The position numbers were made by a program, and so were the translations under genes. A DNA stretch of 64,000 nt from Actinomycetota bacterium. Its GTDB lineage: Bacteria; Actinomycetota; Actinomycetes; S36-B12. The DNA is taken from positions 1,995 to 65,994 of the forward strand of contig JBJOJS010000095.1 in the NCBI GenBank assembly GCA_046046455.1, in the 5' to 3' direction. The notes beneath the pieces were generated by a model, which had not been told where the DNA came from, searched no databases, and saw only the letters and a list, made by a program, of their open reading frames with translations. Shown in pieces: positions 8,420 to 16,379 of this stretch (the stretch's first letter is position 1; every line of letters starts with the position of its first letter).

Positions 8420-10972
8420 TTACGGTGTCCGACGCGGTTCCGCGACGGGGTCTGTGGATCCTGCGAGGGCAGGAGTGGTGGAGCGCATGAGCCGCTGGCC
8501 CAGCACGGCAGCGACGAGCAGGGCAGCACCTCCGGCGATGAGCAACAGCACAGCGAGGTAGCGGACGAGGCCGACGGGCGTCGTCGGTGTCGTAGGCAGT
8601 GCCGCGGCCACGAGCGAGTCATCGACCGACACCGCAGCGGTCTCCTCGACGACGACCTCCTCCTCGGACGTCGTCTCCTCGACCACCGTCTCGGTGTCGC
8701 CCGAGGCGTCGGTGGTCTCGGTCACGGTCGTGGTGTCCGTGTACGTCGTATCGGTGTACGTCGTATCGGTATACGTCGTATCGGTTGTCACGTCCGTTGT
8801 CGTATCGGTGGTGATGTCCGTCGTCGTATCGGTCGTGGTGTCCGTGGTCGTGCCCGATCCGCCATCGTCGGGAATCGGCTTGCCGGCCTGCTTGACGATC
8901 GCCGCGGCCACCTTCGTGGCGGCAGCGCGTGCGTCCTCGGGGAGGGGGACGTAGCCCGGGGGCAGCTGTCCGGTGGAATCGCCCACCACCTGCCCGGGGC
9001 CCACGGCGTAGTCGATGAATCGGGCGTACTCCGCCGCAGCGGCCTTCGTGAGGCTCGGCGGCGACGTCATGGCATAGACGAACGAAGCGAGGGGGTAGGC
9101 CCCTGCCACCTTCTTGCCGGGGTCGGGCTGCTCGATCTCCTTGACCTCGGTCGGCACAGCGGCAGACCCTGCCTTGCTGATGGACTGGTCCGTAGGGGCG
9201 ATGTACTCGCCATCCGCATTGCGCAGCAGAGCGGCGTTCAGCGCGAAGCGGCCGGTGAGTGCGGAGTCGGTCAACGTGATGATCGCTCGCTTGCCGGGCT
9301 CCTGAGCGGGGGTGCGCTTGTTGCCCGGCGGGATGGCGGTCGGGTCGTAGATGCCCGTTGACAGGGTGTCGCCTCGGCTGGCCGCCCGTGCCCCCGAGTA
9401 GAGGTCGGCGGAGTAGGGCACGAGATCGAAGGTGCACATGGGCACGACGCGGTCCGCGTAGGTGACGCACACGTTATCGGCGCGAGGGAAGTCCGAGCGC
9501 GGGAACGTCGTCTTCTTGTAGACCGGGTTGATCTTGGTGCCCCAGGGATCTTCCTTGCCCTCGAGGAAGGCCCGGGCATCCTTGTCGGCCCAGATCCACT
9601 CCCACACCAGTCGCGCAGTGTCCGAATCACCCGAGGGCGTCATGATGTGCCCGAGAGCGGGGATGCGGAGTTCCTTGAACTGCGGATTCAACTCCAGGAA
9701 CTCCGGGTCGGTGGCGAGGTCCCAGGGGTTGTCCTCGACGCGCTTGGGGTCAGGGGCGGCGTCGTAACGATAGGTCTGCGTGAGCAGCTTGGCCACGAGA
9801 CGCTGGTTGAGCTTGATGCCCGCAAGACGCTGGCCGTCACGTGCACGCACGGACTCAGGAGCCAGGCTTGAGGACTGGCTCTCGAGATTGAAGGAGATCG
9901 TGACACCCGACAGGGCGATCGGGGCGTAGACCACCGGATGCTGCGGGCTCACCGCCTCGGGGGCTAGGCCGCGCTCGACGAAGGTGAGATCCGGCGCCGG
10001 GCTCTGGGACTTCTGTCGAGCGGCTTCATCGCTCAGGGCCACGAAACTGAAGTTGCCGTCGCCGTCGGCGCAGAGAGTGGGCTGCCACCGGCTGACCGCC
10101 TCGGCAATCCGATCGGTCCCGAGGAGGGGAATCTCGTCGCGCCCGATCGGGCAGGCAAGGCCGATGGGCTGGAACTCCATCGGGAAGACGATGCGATGGG
10201 CCCAGTTCGATGCGGACAGCGGTGTCGTGTCGAGGGGATTGCCCGTGTTGGTGCCCCGCACCGATCCGTCGACCTCGGTCTTGCCCCGGGGCACGACCAC
10301 CAGCCAGCACAGCGGCGTCTCGCCGTCGCGGGTCTGCCCGCAGCCCAGGCCCGGTGACTCGACACCCGTCTGGACCTCGAAGTACTCCTCGCCCGTGCCA
10401 TCCGGGCGGATGCGAGCGTGATTGACCTCGTTGGAGGTGTAGCGGTCGAAGAATTCGCTCTTCGGGCCGGTCGACGTCTTGCCGGTCCATGACTCGAAGG
10501 GGATGTAGGAGATCCCGTCGACATTCCAGTCGGGATTGTCCTTCTCCTTGGGATCGACGACACCGCTCGTGGTGAGCTGCCGCGAGTTGGTGTTCTGACC
10601 GCCGTTCCATGCGCGCTGGCCGCCGTATTGGCACTTCTCGCGCGGGGGACCATCCTCGGCGGTGCCTCCCCAGCACTGCATGATCTGGAGATAGTTGATG
10701 CCGAGGTTGCCGAACTCCGGCTTCGTGGGCTGCCCACCCGTCCACGAGATCCGGACCACCTGATTGACGAGGTCCTGGGTCTGGCTCACGGTGACCTTGA
10801 GGTCCGCGAAATCGCCCTTGCCGGACTTGGTGACGGCGCTGTCGGTGTTGCGCACATGCACGGTACCGTCACGACCGACGTCGGATGCCCCCGCGATCGG
10901 CGCCATGGCGATGAAGGCGCCGGACGCGATCATGGCCAGGCCCGCGGCCGACGCAAGCGACTTGCGGATCAT
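8420..10972 (-). CDS. Large surface protein: Cys-rich N-domain, divergent PstS-like domain, Thr/Asp repeat stalk, C-terminal TM anchor
   Basis: 850 aa with signal ...APIAGASDV. About 270 aa form a Cys-rich domain of unknown family. The central region has PBP-like features (YPLASFVYAMT, FIDYAVGPGQ, PPGYVPLP). Then come TTTDTTTDTTTDITTD...TTYTDTTYTDTTY and the anchor YLAVLLLIAGGAALLVAAVLGQRLMR. ATGA overlap with the upstream gene. Confidence 0.65.
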   Translation of the reverse strand: MIRKSLASAAGLAMIASGAFIAMAPIAGASDVGRDGTVHVRNTDSAVTKSGKGDFADLKVTVSQTQDLVNQVVRISWTGGQPTKPEFGNLGINYLQIMQCWGGTAEDGPPREKCQYGGQRAWNGGQNTNSRQLTTSGVVDPKEKDNPDWNVDGISYIPFESWTGKTSTGPKSEFFDRYTSNEVNHARIRPDGTGEEYFEVQTGVESPGLGCGQTRDGETPLCWLVVVPRGKTEVDGSVRGTNTGNPLDTTPLSASNWAHRIVFPMEFQPIGLACPIGRDEIPLLGTDRIAEAVSRWQPTLCADGDGNFSFVALSDEAARQKSQSPAPDLTFVERGLAPEAVSPQHPVVYAPIALSGVTISFNLESQSSSLAPESVRARDGQRLAGIKLNQRLVAKLLTQTYRYDAAPDPKRVEDNPWDLATDPEFLELNPQFKELRIPALGHIMTPSGDSDTARLVWEWIWADKDARAFLEGKEDPWGTKINPVYKKTTFPRSDFPRADNVCVTYADRVVPMCTFDLVPYSADLYSGARAASRGDTLSTGIYDPTAIPPGNKRTPAQEPGKRAIITLTDSALTGRFALNAALLRNADGEYIAPTDQSISKAGSAAVPTEVKEIEQPDPGKKVAGAYPLASFVYAMTSPPSLTKAAAAEYARFIDYAVGPGQVVGDSTGQLPPGYVPLPEDARAAATKVAAAIVKQAGKPIPDDGGSGTTTDTTTDTTTDITTDTTTDVTTDTTYTDTTYTDTTYTDTTTVTETTDASGDTETVVEETTSEEEVVVEETAAVSVDDSLVAAALPTTPTTPVGLVRYLAVLLLIAGGAALLVAAVLGQRLMRSTTPALAGSTDPVAEPRRTP
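8735..8852 (-). repeat. In-frame tandem repeats (15-nt x3 plus degenerate 12-nt units) encoding the Thr/Asp stalk
   Basis: gtacgtcgtatcggt is repeated 3 times from about 8741, followed by gtcgtatcggtg-like units. These encode YTDTT and TTDT repeats. Confidence 0.7.
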
Positions 10973-12669
10973 GCGTCACCGCCGGTGCGCTTGGCTGCCA
11001 TGTAGCGCGCCACGAGTGGCGGGGCGAAGAGCAGGGCCAGCACGACGACGAACGTCGCGACCAGCAGACCCGTGTAGGGACCCCAGCCTGAGCTTGCCTC
11101 GGTCGACACCGGGATCCCGGCGACGTAGGCGCCGCCCGTCACGCCTGTGGCCGCCGCGGCCGCGGCCGGATCGACGATGACCTCGCCCGTCGTCGGGTCG
11201 ACGGCTGTCGGATCGGCCGCGATGACCTGACCGGTCTCGGGATCCACGACAACGGCCGCGCCTCCCGCATCGACGGTGACGTCGGTCACAGCCCCGCCGG
11301 CGGTGCCTCCCCCCGTCGTGCCTCCCCCTGACGTCGTGCCGCCGGTCGTGCCCCCGGTCGTGCCGCCACCCGAACCACCACCCGAACCACTACCCGAACC
11401 TCCACCGGAACCACCGCCGGCTGCGCCACCCTCAGCAGCCGTGCCGCACTGGGTCGGACCCTTGGCGTCACACGCCGGAGGCTGGGGCGCGGTCTTGGCG
11501 AGGGTGTTGGTGCCATCCGCGGAGAAGGTGGGGTTCTTGCAGTTCGCGATGTTGATGTTCTCCGGGATAGCCCCGGGAATGCGCTTGATCTGATCGAAGC
11601 CCGCCTTGACCAGATTGATCGGCAGCGGCGAGTACCCCAGGGCATCGGCCTGCTGCTGACCCTGGCAGAGGAAGTAGTTGGCGAAGTCCGCGAGGGTGTT
11701 GCCCTTCTCATTGCTGAAGCCGTTGTCCAGGCTCGTAGGGATCACCATGTAGCTGTACGACGAGAGCGGGTAGGCCCGCTTGTCGCTGCTGGCGTAGACA
11801 CCGCTGAGGTTGGACGTCAGGTCCGAATTGATCTTGGCACCCAGAAGTCCCACGGCGACAGCCTCCGCCGTCGGCAGGACGTAGTAGCCTGACTTGTTCA
11901 GCACCTTCGCGGCGGGGAAACCCGCAGCCTTGGCGTAGGAGTACTCGACGTACGTGATGGCCCCGACGCTCTGATCCTGCTTGACATAGCCGGAGACACC
12001 GAGCGAGCCACTCTGCGCGACGAAGCCAGGGCCGCTCGGGAAGTTCGAGGTGAAGCCGCACGGGGTGCCGCGACCGACCTTCTGGCAGTAGGCATTCCAG
12101 ATGTCGGGGTACATCGCGGCAAGCCACGCCGTGAACTGGGCCGTCGTACCGGAGCCGTCCGAACGCACGACCGGGACGACCTTGATGGGAGGCAGGGTCA
12201 GGCCGGGGTTGTCGGCCTTGATCGCCGCGTCATCCCACTTCGTGATGACGCCCGTGAAGATCTTGGCGATCGTGTCACCCGAGAGCCGAAGCTGCGTGAC
12301 GCGGTTGGGCCCGATCTTGAGGTTGTACATGAACGCCGTGCCACCGGCGACGATCGGCATGTAGGCGAAGGGACGCGTCGGCAACGGATCGACGACGCTG
12401 CCGTCCTTCAGGCCGTAGGGGATCTCAGAGACCGCGAAGTCGACGGTCCCGTTGCGGAACTGGTTGCGGCCATCCGAGGAGCCCGATGCCTGGTAGTCGA
12501 TACGCATGCCGTACTGGTTGACGTTGCGTCGCCACTGGTCCATGGCGTTCGCGCTCCAGGTCGAGCCCGAGCCGGACACGGGCACGTAGCTGGCGGCTGA
12601 CGCCGGCAGGATGGGGCTTACGAGCACGGCGCCGAGGGCAAGGACGACGACGCTGAGGACGCGCTTCAT
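10969..12669 (-). CDS. pstS: Phosphate-binding protein PstS domain with Gly/Thr stalk and C-terminal TM anchor
   Basis: 566 aa with Sec signal ...ILPASAASY and no lipobox Cys. PstS motifs SGSGSTWS, ASGSSDGRNQF, DFAVSE and RSDGSGTT. A Gly/Ser/Thr-rich low-complexity stalk is followed by LLVATFVVVLALLFAPPLVARYMAAKR. ATGA overlaps at both ends. Confidence 0.8.
   Translation of the reverse strand: MKRVLSVVVLALGAVLVSPILPASAASYVPVSGSGSTWSANAMDQWRRNVNQYGMRIDYQASGSSDGRNQFRNGTVDFAVSEIPYGLKDGSVVDPLPTRPFAYMPIVAGGTAFMYNLKIGPNRVTQLRLSGDTIAKIFTGVITKWDDAAIKADNPGLTLPPIKVVPVVRSDGSGTTAQFTAWLAAMYPDIWNAYCQKVGRGTPCGFTSNFPSGPGFVAQSGSLGVSGYVKQDQSVGAITYVEYSYAKAAGFPAAKVLNKSGYYVLPTAEAVAVGLLGAKINSDLTSNLSGVYASSDKRAYPLSSYSYMVIPTSLDNGFSNEKGNTLADFANYFLCQGQQQADALGYSPLPINLVKAGFDQIKRIPGAIPENINIANCKNPTFSADGTNTLAKTAPQPPACDAKGPTQCGTAAEGGAAGGGSGGGSGSGSGGGSGGGTTGGTTGGTTSGGGTTGGGTAGGAVTDVTVDAGGAAVVVDPETGQVIAADPTAVDPTTGEVIVDPAAAAAATGVTGGAYVAGIPVSTEASSGWGPYTGLLVATFVVVLALLFAPPLVARYMAAKRTGGDA
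11295..11435 (-). repeat. Low-complexity triplet repeats encoding the Gly/Ser/Thr stalk
   Basis: Runs of ggtcgtgcc / acccgaacc units. Coordinates are approximate. Confidence 0.5.
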
Positions 12670-13943
12670 CGGGAGTCTCCGAAGTCGAGGGATCGGGGGC
12701 TAGACGAAGGTCCCGCGGCAGCCTCCTGCGATGCCACCCGAGAGGCCTCGCGCTTGGTGAACCTTTGGGAATCCTCGCGTGAACGCTTCGCCCGACGCTT
12801 CTGCTGGGACTTCGACAGATTGCCGGGGCCACGGCCGCCGATGATGCGGGCGATGATGAAGAGGATGAGGACCAGGAACATCAGCACGGCCGCCGTACCG
12901 AATCCGCGGGCGATCATCGTGGGCTCGGGCGACTTGACGAACTCGAAGGTCGCCAGGGGCAGGGAGACCATCGGGCCCGTCGTCGGGTTGAGGTTGAGGG
13001 CCGCGGTGAAGCCTGCGGTCAGTAGGACGGGCGATGTCTCACCGACCCCGCGTGCGGTGCCGAGGATGATAGCGGTCATCAGACCCGAGCGAGCGGTGGG
13101 CAGCGTGACGTGCCACACGGTCCGCCACTGCCCTGCCCCGAGGGCGTAGGCCGCTTCCTTGAGGTTGCCCGGCACGAGTCGGAGGACGACATCGGAGGCA
13201 CGGATGATGATGGGAAGCATCATCACGCTGATCGCCATAGCCGCGGCGAGCCCGGACTTGTCGAATCCAAGGATGAGGATGAGTGACGCGTAGATGAACA
13301 GACCCGCAACGATGGAGGGCAGTGCGGTCATCGCCTCGGAGATGGTGCGCACGAATCGGGCGAAGGGCCCCGGGATCTCGTTCATGTAGACCGCGCAGGC
13401 CACCCCGAGGGGGATCACGATCGCGAGCGCGATGGTGATCATGATGAGGGTGCCGAGGATCGCGTGGAGGATGCCACCGGCCGTTAGCGGATCGAGCGGG
13501 CCGGCATTCTGCATGTCCTGCGTGAAGAAGTTGAGGTTCGTGAGCGCTTCCCAACCGCGGATCACCGTGAAGCTGACGACGAAGATGAGCGCCATCAGCA
13601 GTGTGAAGGCCAGGCTGTGGATGAGCACGGCCGCGAGGCGGTCCTTGACGGCCGAGAAGTCCTCGTCCAGGGACACGAGTACGGCGTAGAGCGCTACGAA
13701 GCCCAAGTAGGCGACCGCGAGGAAGCCGAGCCACCCGCTGAAGGGCAGCAGGGTGAAGAGCAGCGCGGCGAAGCCGACGCCGGCGACGGCGGCGCCGGAG
13801 AGCGACAGCACGTCCGACCGGCGGAAGCCGCCGATGCGGCGCGGCTTGAGATCCGGCGGGGTCGGAGTGCGCTGCGGCAGCGTGGTCTTGCGCCCAGTCG
13901 TGCCCGAGGCGAGCTTGTCGAGGTCGTCGATGGAGGCGGTCAT
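12666..13943 (-). CDS. pstA: Phosphate ABC transporter permease PstA
   Basis: 425 aa. PstA-type core with ALGAGQWRTVWHVTLP and GTARGVGETSPVLLTAGF, plus a long N-terminal extension. The start lies 1 nt after the pstC stop. Confidence 0.9.
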   Translation of the reverse strand: MTASIDDLDKLASGTTGRKTTLPQRTPTPPDLKPRRIGGFRRSDVLSLSGAAVAGVGFAALLFTLLPFSGWLGFLAVAYLGFVALYAVLVSLDEDFSAVKDRLAAVLIHSLAFTLLMALIFVVSFTVIRGWEALTNLNFFTQDMQNAGPLDPLTAGGILHAILGTLIMITIALAIVIPLGVACAVYMNEIPGPFARFVRTISEAMTALPSIVAGLFIYASLILILGFDKSGLAAAMAISVMMLPIIIRASDVVLRLVPGNLKEAAYALGAGQWRTVWHVTLPTARSGLMTAIILGTARGVGETSPVLLTAGFTAALNLNPTTGPMVSLPLATFEFVKSPEPTMIARGFGTAAVLMFLVLILFIIARIIGGRGPGNLSKSQQKRRAKRSREDSQRFTKREASRVASQEAAAGPSSSPRSLDFGDSR

Positions 13944-13944
13944 G

Positions 13945-14997
13945 TCAGTCGGCCGTCGATGCGCCGGATCGCGACCTCGCCACGATGGAGGAAGCGATGA
14001 AGTTGACGATGAGCGTGATGATGAAGAGCGCGAGGCCCGCAGCCATGAGGGCCGAAGTGCCGAACGGCGTGGCTTCGCCGTAGCGGAGCGCGATGAGCGC
14101 CGAGACCGAGTTGGTGCCGTTCTGCAGGATGTGCGGCTGGAAGACGAAGACCGGCGAGATGATCATGAAGACCGCGATGGTTTCACCGAGTGCTCGGCCC
14201 AGGCCGAGCATCGTGCCGCCGATCATGCCGCCCTTGCCGAAGGGCAGGACGACGGAGCGGATCATGCCCCACTTGGTCGCGCCCAGGGCGTAGGCGCCTT
14301 CGCGCTCGCCGACAGGCGCCTGCGAGAAGACCTCGCGCATGACCGACGTCGTGATGGGGGCGACCATGAGCGCGACGACGATGCCGGCGATGAACGTCGA
14401 GGACGTGAAGACCGTCGCGGTGGACAGCGGATCATTGGGATCGCTGCCGTCGACGGCGAAGATGGGGATCCAGCCGAAGTAGGTGGAGATCCATCGAGCC
14501 AAGCCGATGATCTGGCCCTGGAGGAAGAAGAACCCCCACAGACCGAAGACCACGCTGGGGACCGCGGCCATGAGATCGACCAAGCTGATGAGCGTCTGCT
14601 TGATCTTGCGAGGGCTGTACTCCGAGATGTAGAGCGCGACACCGGTCGAGAGCGGGACGGCGAAGAAGATCGCCGTGAGCGCGATGAGGACGGTGCCGCT
14701 GAGCACGGCCGCGATGCCGAAGTTGCCACCGTCAGGCTCCCAGGCCTGCGTGGTGATGAAGGAGAAGCCCGCCTGGCTGAGCGCTTGCAACGCGCGAATC
14801 GTCAGGAAAATCCCGACGAGGGCCATGATGAGCAGCACGAGCGCCCCGCTGGCACTCACACCACCTCGGAAGAAGCGATCGCTCTGACTACGTGTGGTGG
14901 TGAGTTGACGGGGCTCGACCGAGGCCGCGTCATCGTCGTGGCGCGGTGGGAGGAAGGTCGTGGCCACGGACGGGACTCTTTCCACCCTTGCTGACAC
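13945..14997 (-). CDS. pstC: Phosphate ABC transporter permease PstC
   Basis: 350 aa, GTG start. Has EGAYALGATKWGMIRSVVLP and GLGRALGETIAV motifs. First gene of the operon; no pstS lies upstream. Confidence 0.9.
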   Translation of the reverse strand: MSARVERVPSVATTFLPPRHDDDAASVEPRQLTTTRSQSDRFFRGGVSASGALVLLIMALVGIFLTIRALQALSQAGFSFITTQAWEPDGGNFGIAAVLSGTVLIALTAIFFAVPLSTGVALYISEYSPRKIKQTLISLVDLMAAVPSVVFGLWGFFFLQGQIIGLARWISTYFGWIPIFAVDGSDPNDPLSTATVFTSSTFIAGIVVALMVAPITTSVMREVFSQAPVGEREGAYALGATKWGMIRSVVLPFGKGGMIGGTMLGLGRALGETIAVFMIISPVFVFQPHILQNGTNSVSALIALRYGEATPFGTSALMAAGLALFIITLIVNFIASSIVARSRSGASTAD

Positions 14998-15032
14998 CGT
15001 CTCGACAGCGGCCCGAACACCACCTTTCGACT

Positions 15033-15102
15033 AGGTGAACGACTGGATTCACTCGAGTCGTACACGGGCACTGGGTCCAGATGACGCACAGGTGAACGAA
15101 GC
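15033..15102. promoter_or_regulatory. Candidate Pho-regulator sites (GTGAACGA x2) in the divergent pstC / HD-gene region
   Basis: GTGAACGAC at about 15035 and GTGAACGAAG at about 15092. These read GTTCAC on the pstC strand. The same 10-mer GTGAACGAAG occurs at about 2219 upstream of the PhoX-like gene. Confidence 0.3.
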
Positions 15103-15727
15103 ATGTCGTGTGAGTGGCATCACGACCACGCGAACATGGCGCGCAACCGACCTAGGCCCTGAGCACACTGTCCCCGTGGCCGCGGCTCCCCCTCCGATCG
15201 TCGCACGTGCGCGCGCACTCGCGGCCGCCGTGCTGAGTGATGACCCTGAGGTCTACGAGCACAGTGCACGAACCGCCCATCGGGCTTCCGATATCGCCCG
15301 GCGAGTCCCCGGCAGTCGCGCAGCCGACGTTGTGGCGGCAGCGTGGCTGCACGACATCGGGTACGCCGGTCGACTGTCGCGGACGGGGTTCCACCCGCTC
15401 GACGGAGCCCTCTTCCTCATTGCCGAGGACTGGCCGGAGCGGGTCGTACGGTTGGTGGCCCATCACTCGCTCGCCTCCCTTCAGGCCCCCTTCTACGGGG
15501 TGGGCCACCACCTGGGCGTCATCGAGGTCGTCACGGGCATCGACGCTGATCTCCTCGTCAGTGCCGACCTCCGTGCAGGCCTGGGCGATCCGATCCCTTC
15601 GGTGCAGGAGCGTCTCGATGCCATGCGTCGAGAAGAGGAGCGGATGGGACTGGTACCCGAGGATGTCCGTGAGACGCGCTATGCCGGACTGCATGCCGCG
15701 CACCAGCGAGTCGAGGCACTCCTCTAG
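15035..15727 (+). CDS. HD-domain metal-dependent phosphohydrolase (start uncertain, possibly GTG 15176)
   Basis: AAWLHDIGY (H-D dyad), FHPLDGALFL, LVAHHS. The ORF's first ~47 codons overlap the likely pstC promoter, so the later GTG at 15176 is plausible. Confidence 0.65.
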   Translation: MNDWIHSSRTRALGPDDAQVNEACRVSGITTTRTWRATDLGPEHTVPVAAAPPPIVARARALAAAVLSDDPEVYEHSARTAHRASDIARRVPGSRAADVVAAAWLHDIGYAGRLSRTGFHPLDGALFLIAEDWPERVVRLVAHHSLASLQAPFYGVGHHLGVIEVVTGIDADLLVSADLRAGLGDPIPSVQERLDAMRREEERMGLVPEDVRETRYAGLHAAHQRVEALL

Positions 15728-15800
15728 CAGACAGCGCTCCTTCATCGAGTGTTCATCCTGAGGGCGAGCGCACGCCACCTCGGGCGTGTGACATGCGGCC

Positions 15801-16379
15801 GTGGACAGTCAGCTCCTCCGCTACTCACGCGATTGCGCCAGGACTCTGCTGGCGTCCGAGGCGCCAGCGGCGTGGATGAGGAGTTCGCACGCGGCAGACC
15901 AGGCGGCACGGGCAGTGACTGCGCTCGACCGGCCCCGCGGCGACATGATCATCTCCGCCGCATGGCTCCACGCAATCGGCGAGAGTCCTTCCATCCGCAC
16001 GACCGGATTCGCTCCCGTGGACGGCGCGGTGTACCTCCTCGCCGCAGGCTGGCCGACCCCGGTGGTCAACCTCATCGCGCACCAGGGGCAGGCGCGTCTG
16101 ATCGCGCCTGCCTACGACGCGCACGAGAGGCTTGCCCTCTTCGAGAGAATCCAGGGCTGGCCCAGTGACATCCTCGACTACTCGATCACGACCTCGCTGA
16201 CAGGCGCCCCCGACGCAGACCCGGAAGCATGCCTCCGTCTTGCGGCCAAGGCACTACCTCCCTCGCTGAGCATCACGGCACGGGATCGAGGCGAGCGTGA
16301 ACGACGTCTGCGGCGTGCCGTCGATCGCGTCAGCGCGGCGTTGATCGCGGCTCGATCCCCAGCTCGCCCAGGAGCCTGA
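15801..16379 (+). CDS. HD-domain paralog with a degenerate metal-binding motif
   Basis: 192 aa. Collinear with the upstream gene, but it reads AAWLHAIGE (D->A) and IAHQGQ in place of VAHHS. Confidence 0.55.
   Translation: MDSQLLRYSRDCARTLLASEAPAAWMRSSHAADQAARAVTALDRPRGDMIISAAWLHAIGESPSIRTTGFAPVDGAVYLLAAGWPTPVVNLIAHQGQARLIAPAYDAHERLALFERIQGWPSDILDYSITTSLTGAPDADPEACLRLAAKALPPSLSITARDRGERERRLRRAVDRVSAALIAARSPARPGA

Noticed and set aside
8420-8560. Possible sortase sorting signal (LPTTP) ahead of the C-terminal TM of the 850-aa protein
   Set aside because: It lacks the Gly of LPXTG/LAXTG. The other two anchored proteins have no LPXT-like motif at all, and the only sortase homologue nearby lacks its nucleophile. 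I therefore did not call these canonical sortase substrates.
8735-8852. Short direct DNA repeats that might suggest a CRISPR-like array
   Set aside because: The units are 12-15 nt, contiguous with no spacers, in frame, and encode the Thr/Asp stalk of the 850-aa protein.
13753-14994. 413-aa plus-strand ORF (also 4437-5690, 6529-7410, 7737-8561 and 8387-9361)
   Set aside because: All are antisense to well-supported pst and surface-module genes. They are extremely Arg/Asp/Glu/Gly-rich with no recognisable domains.
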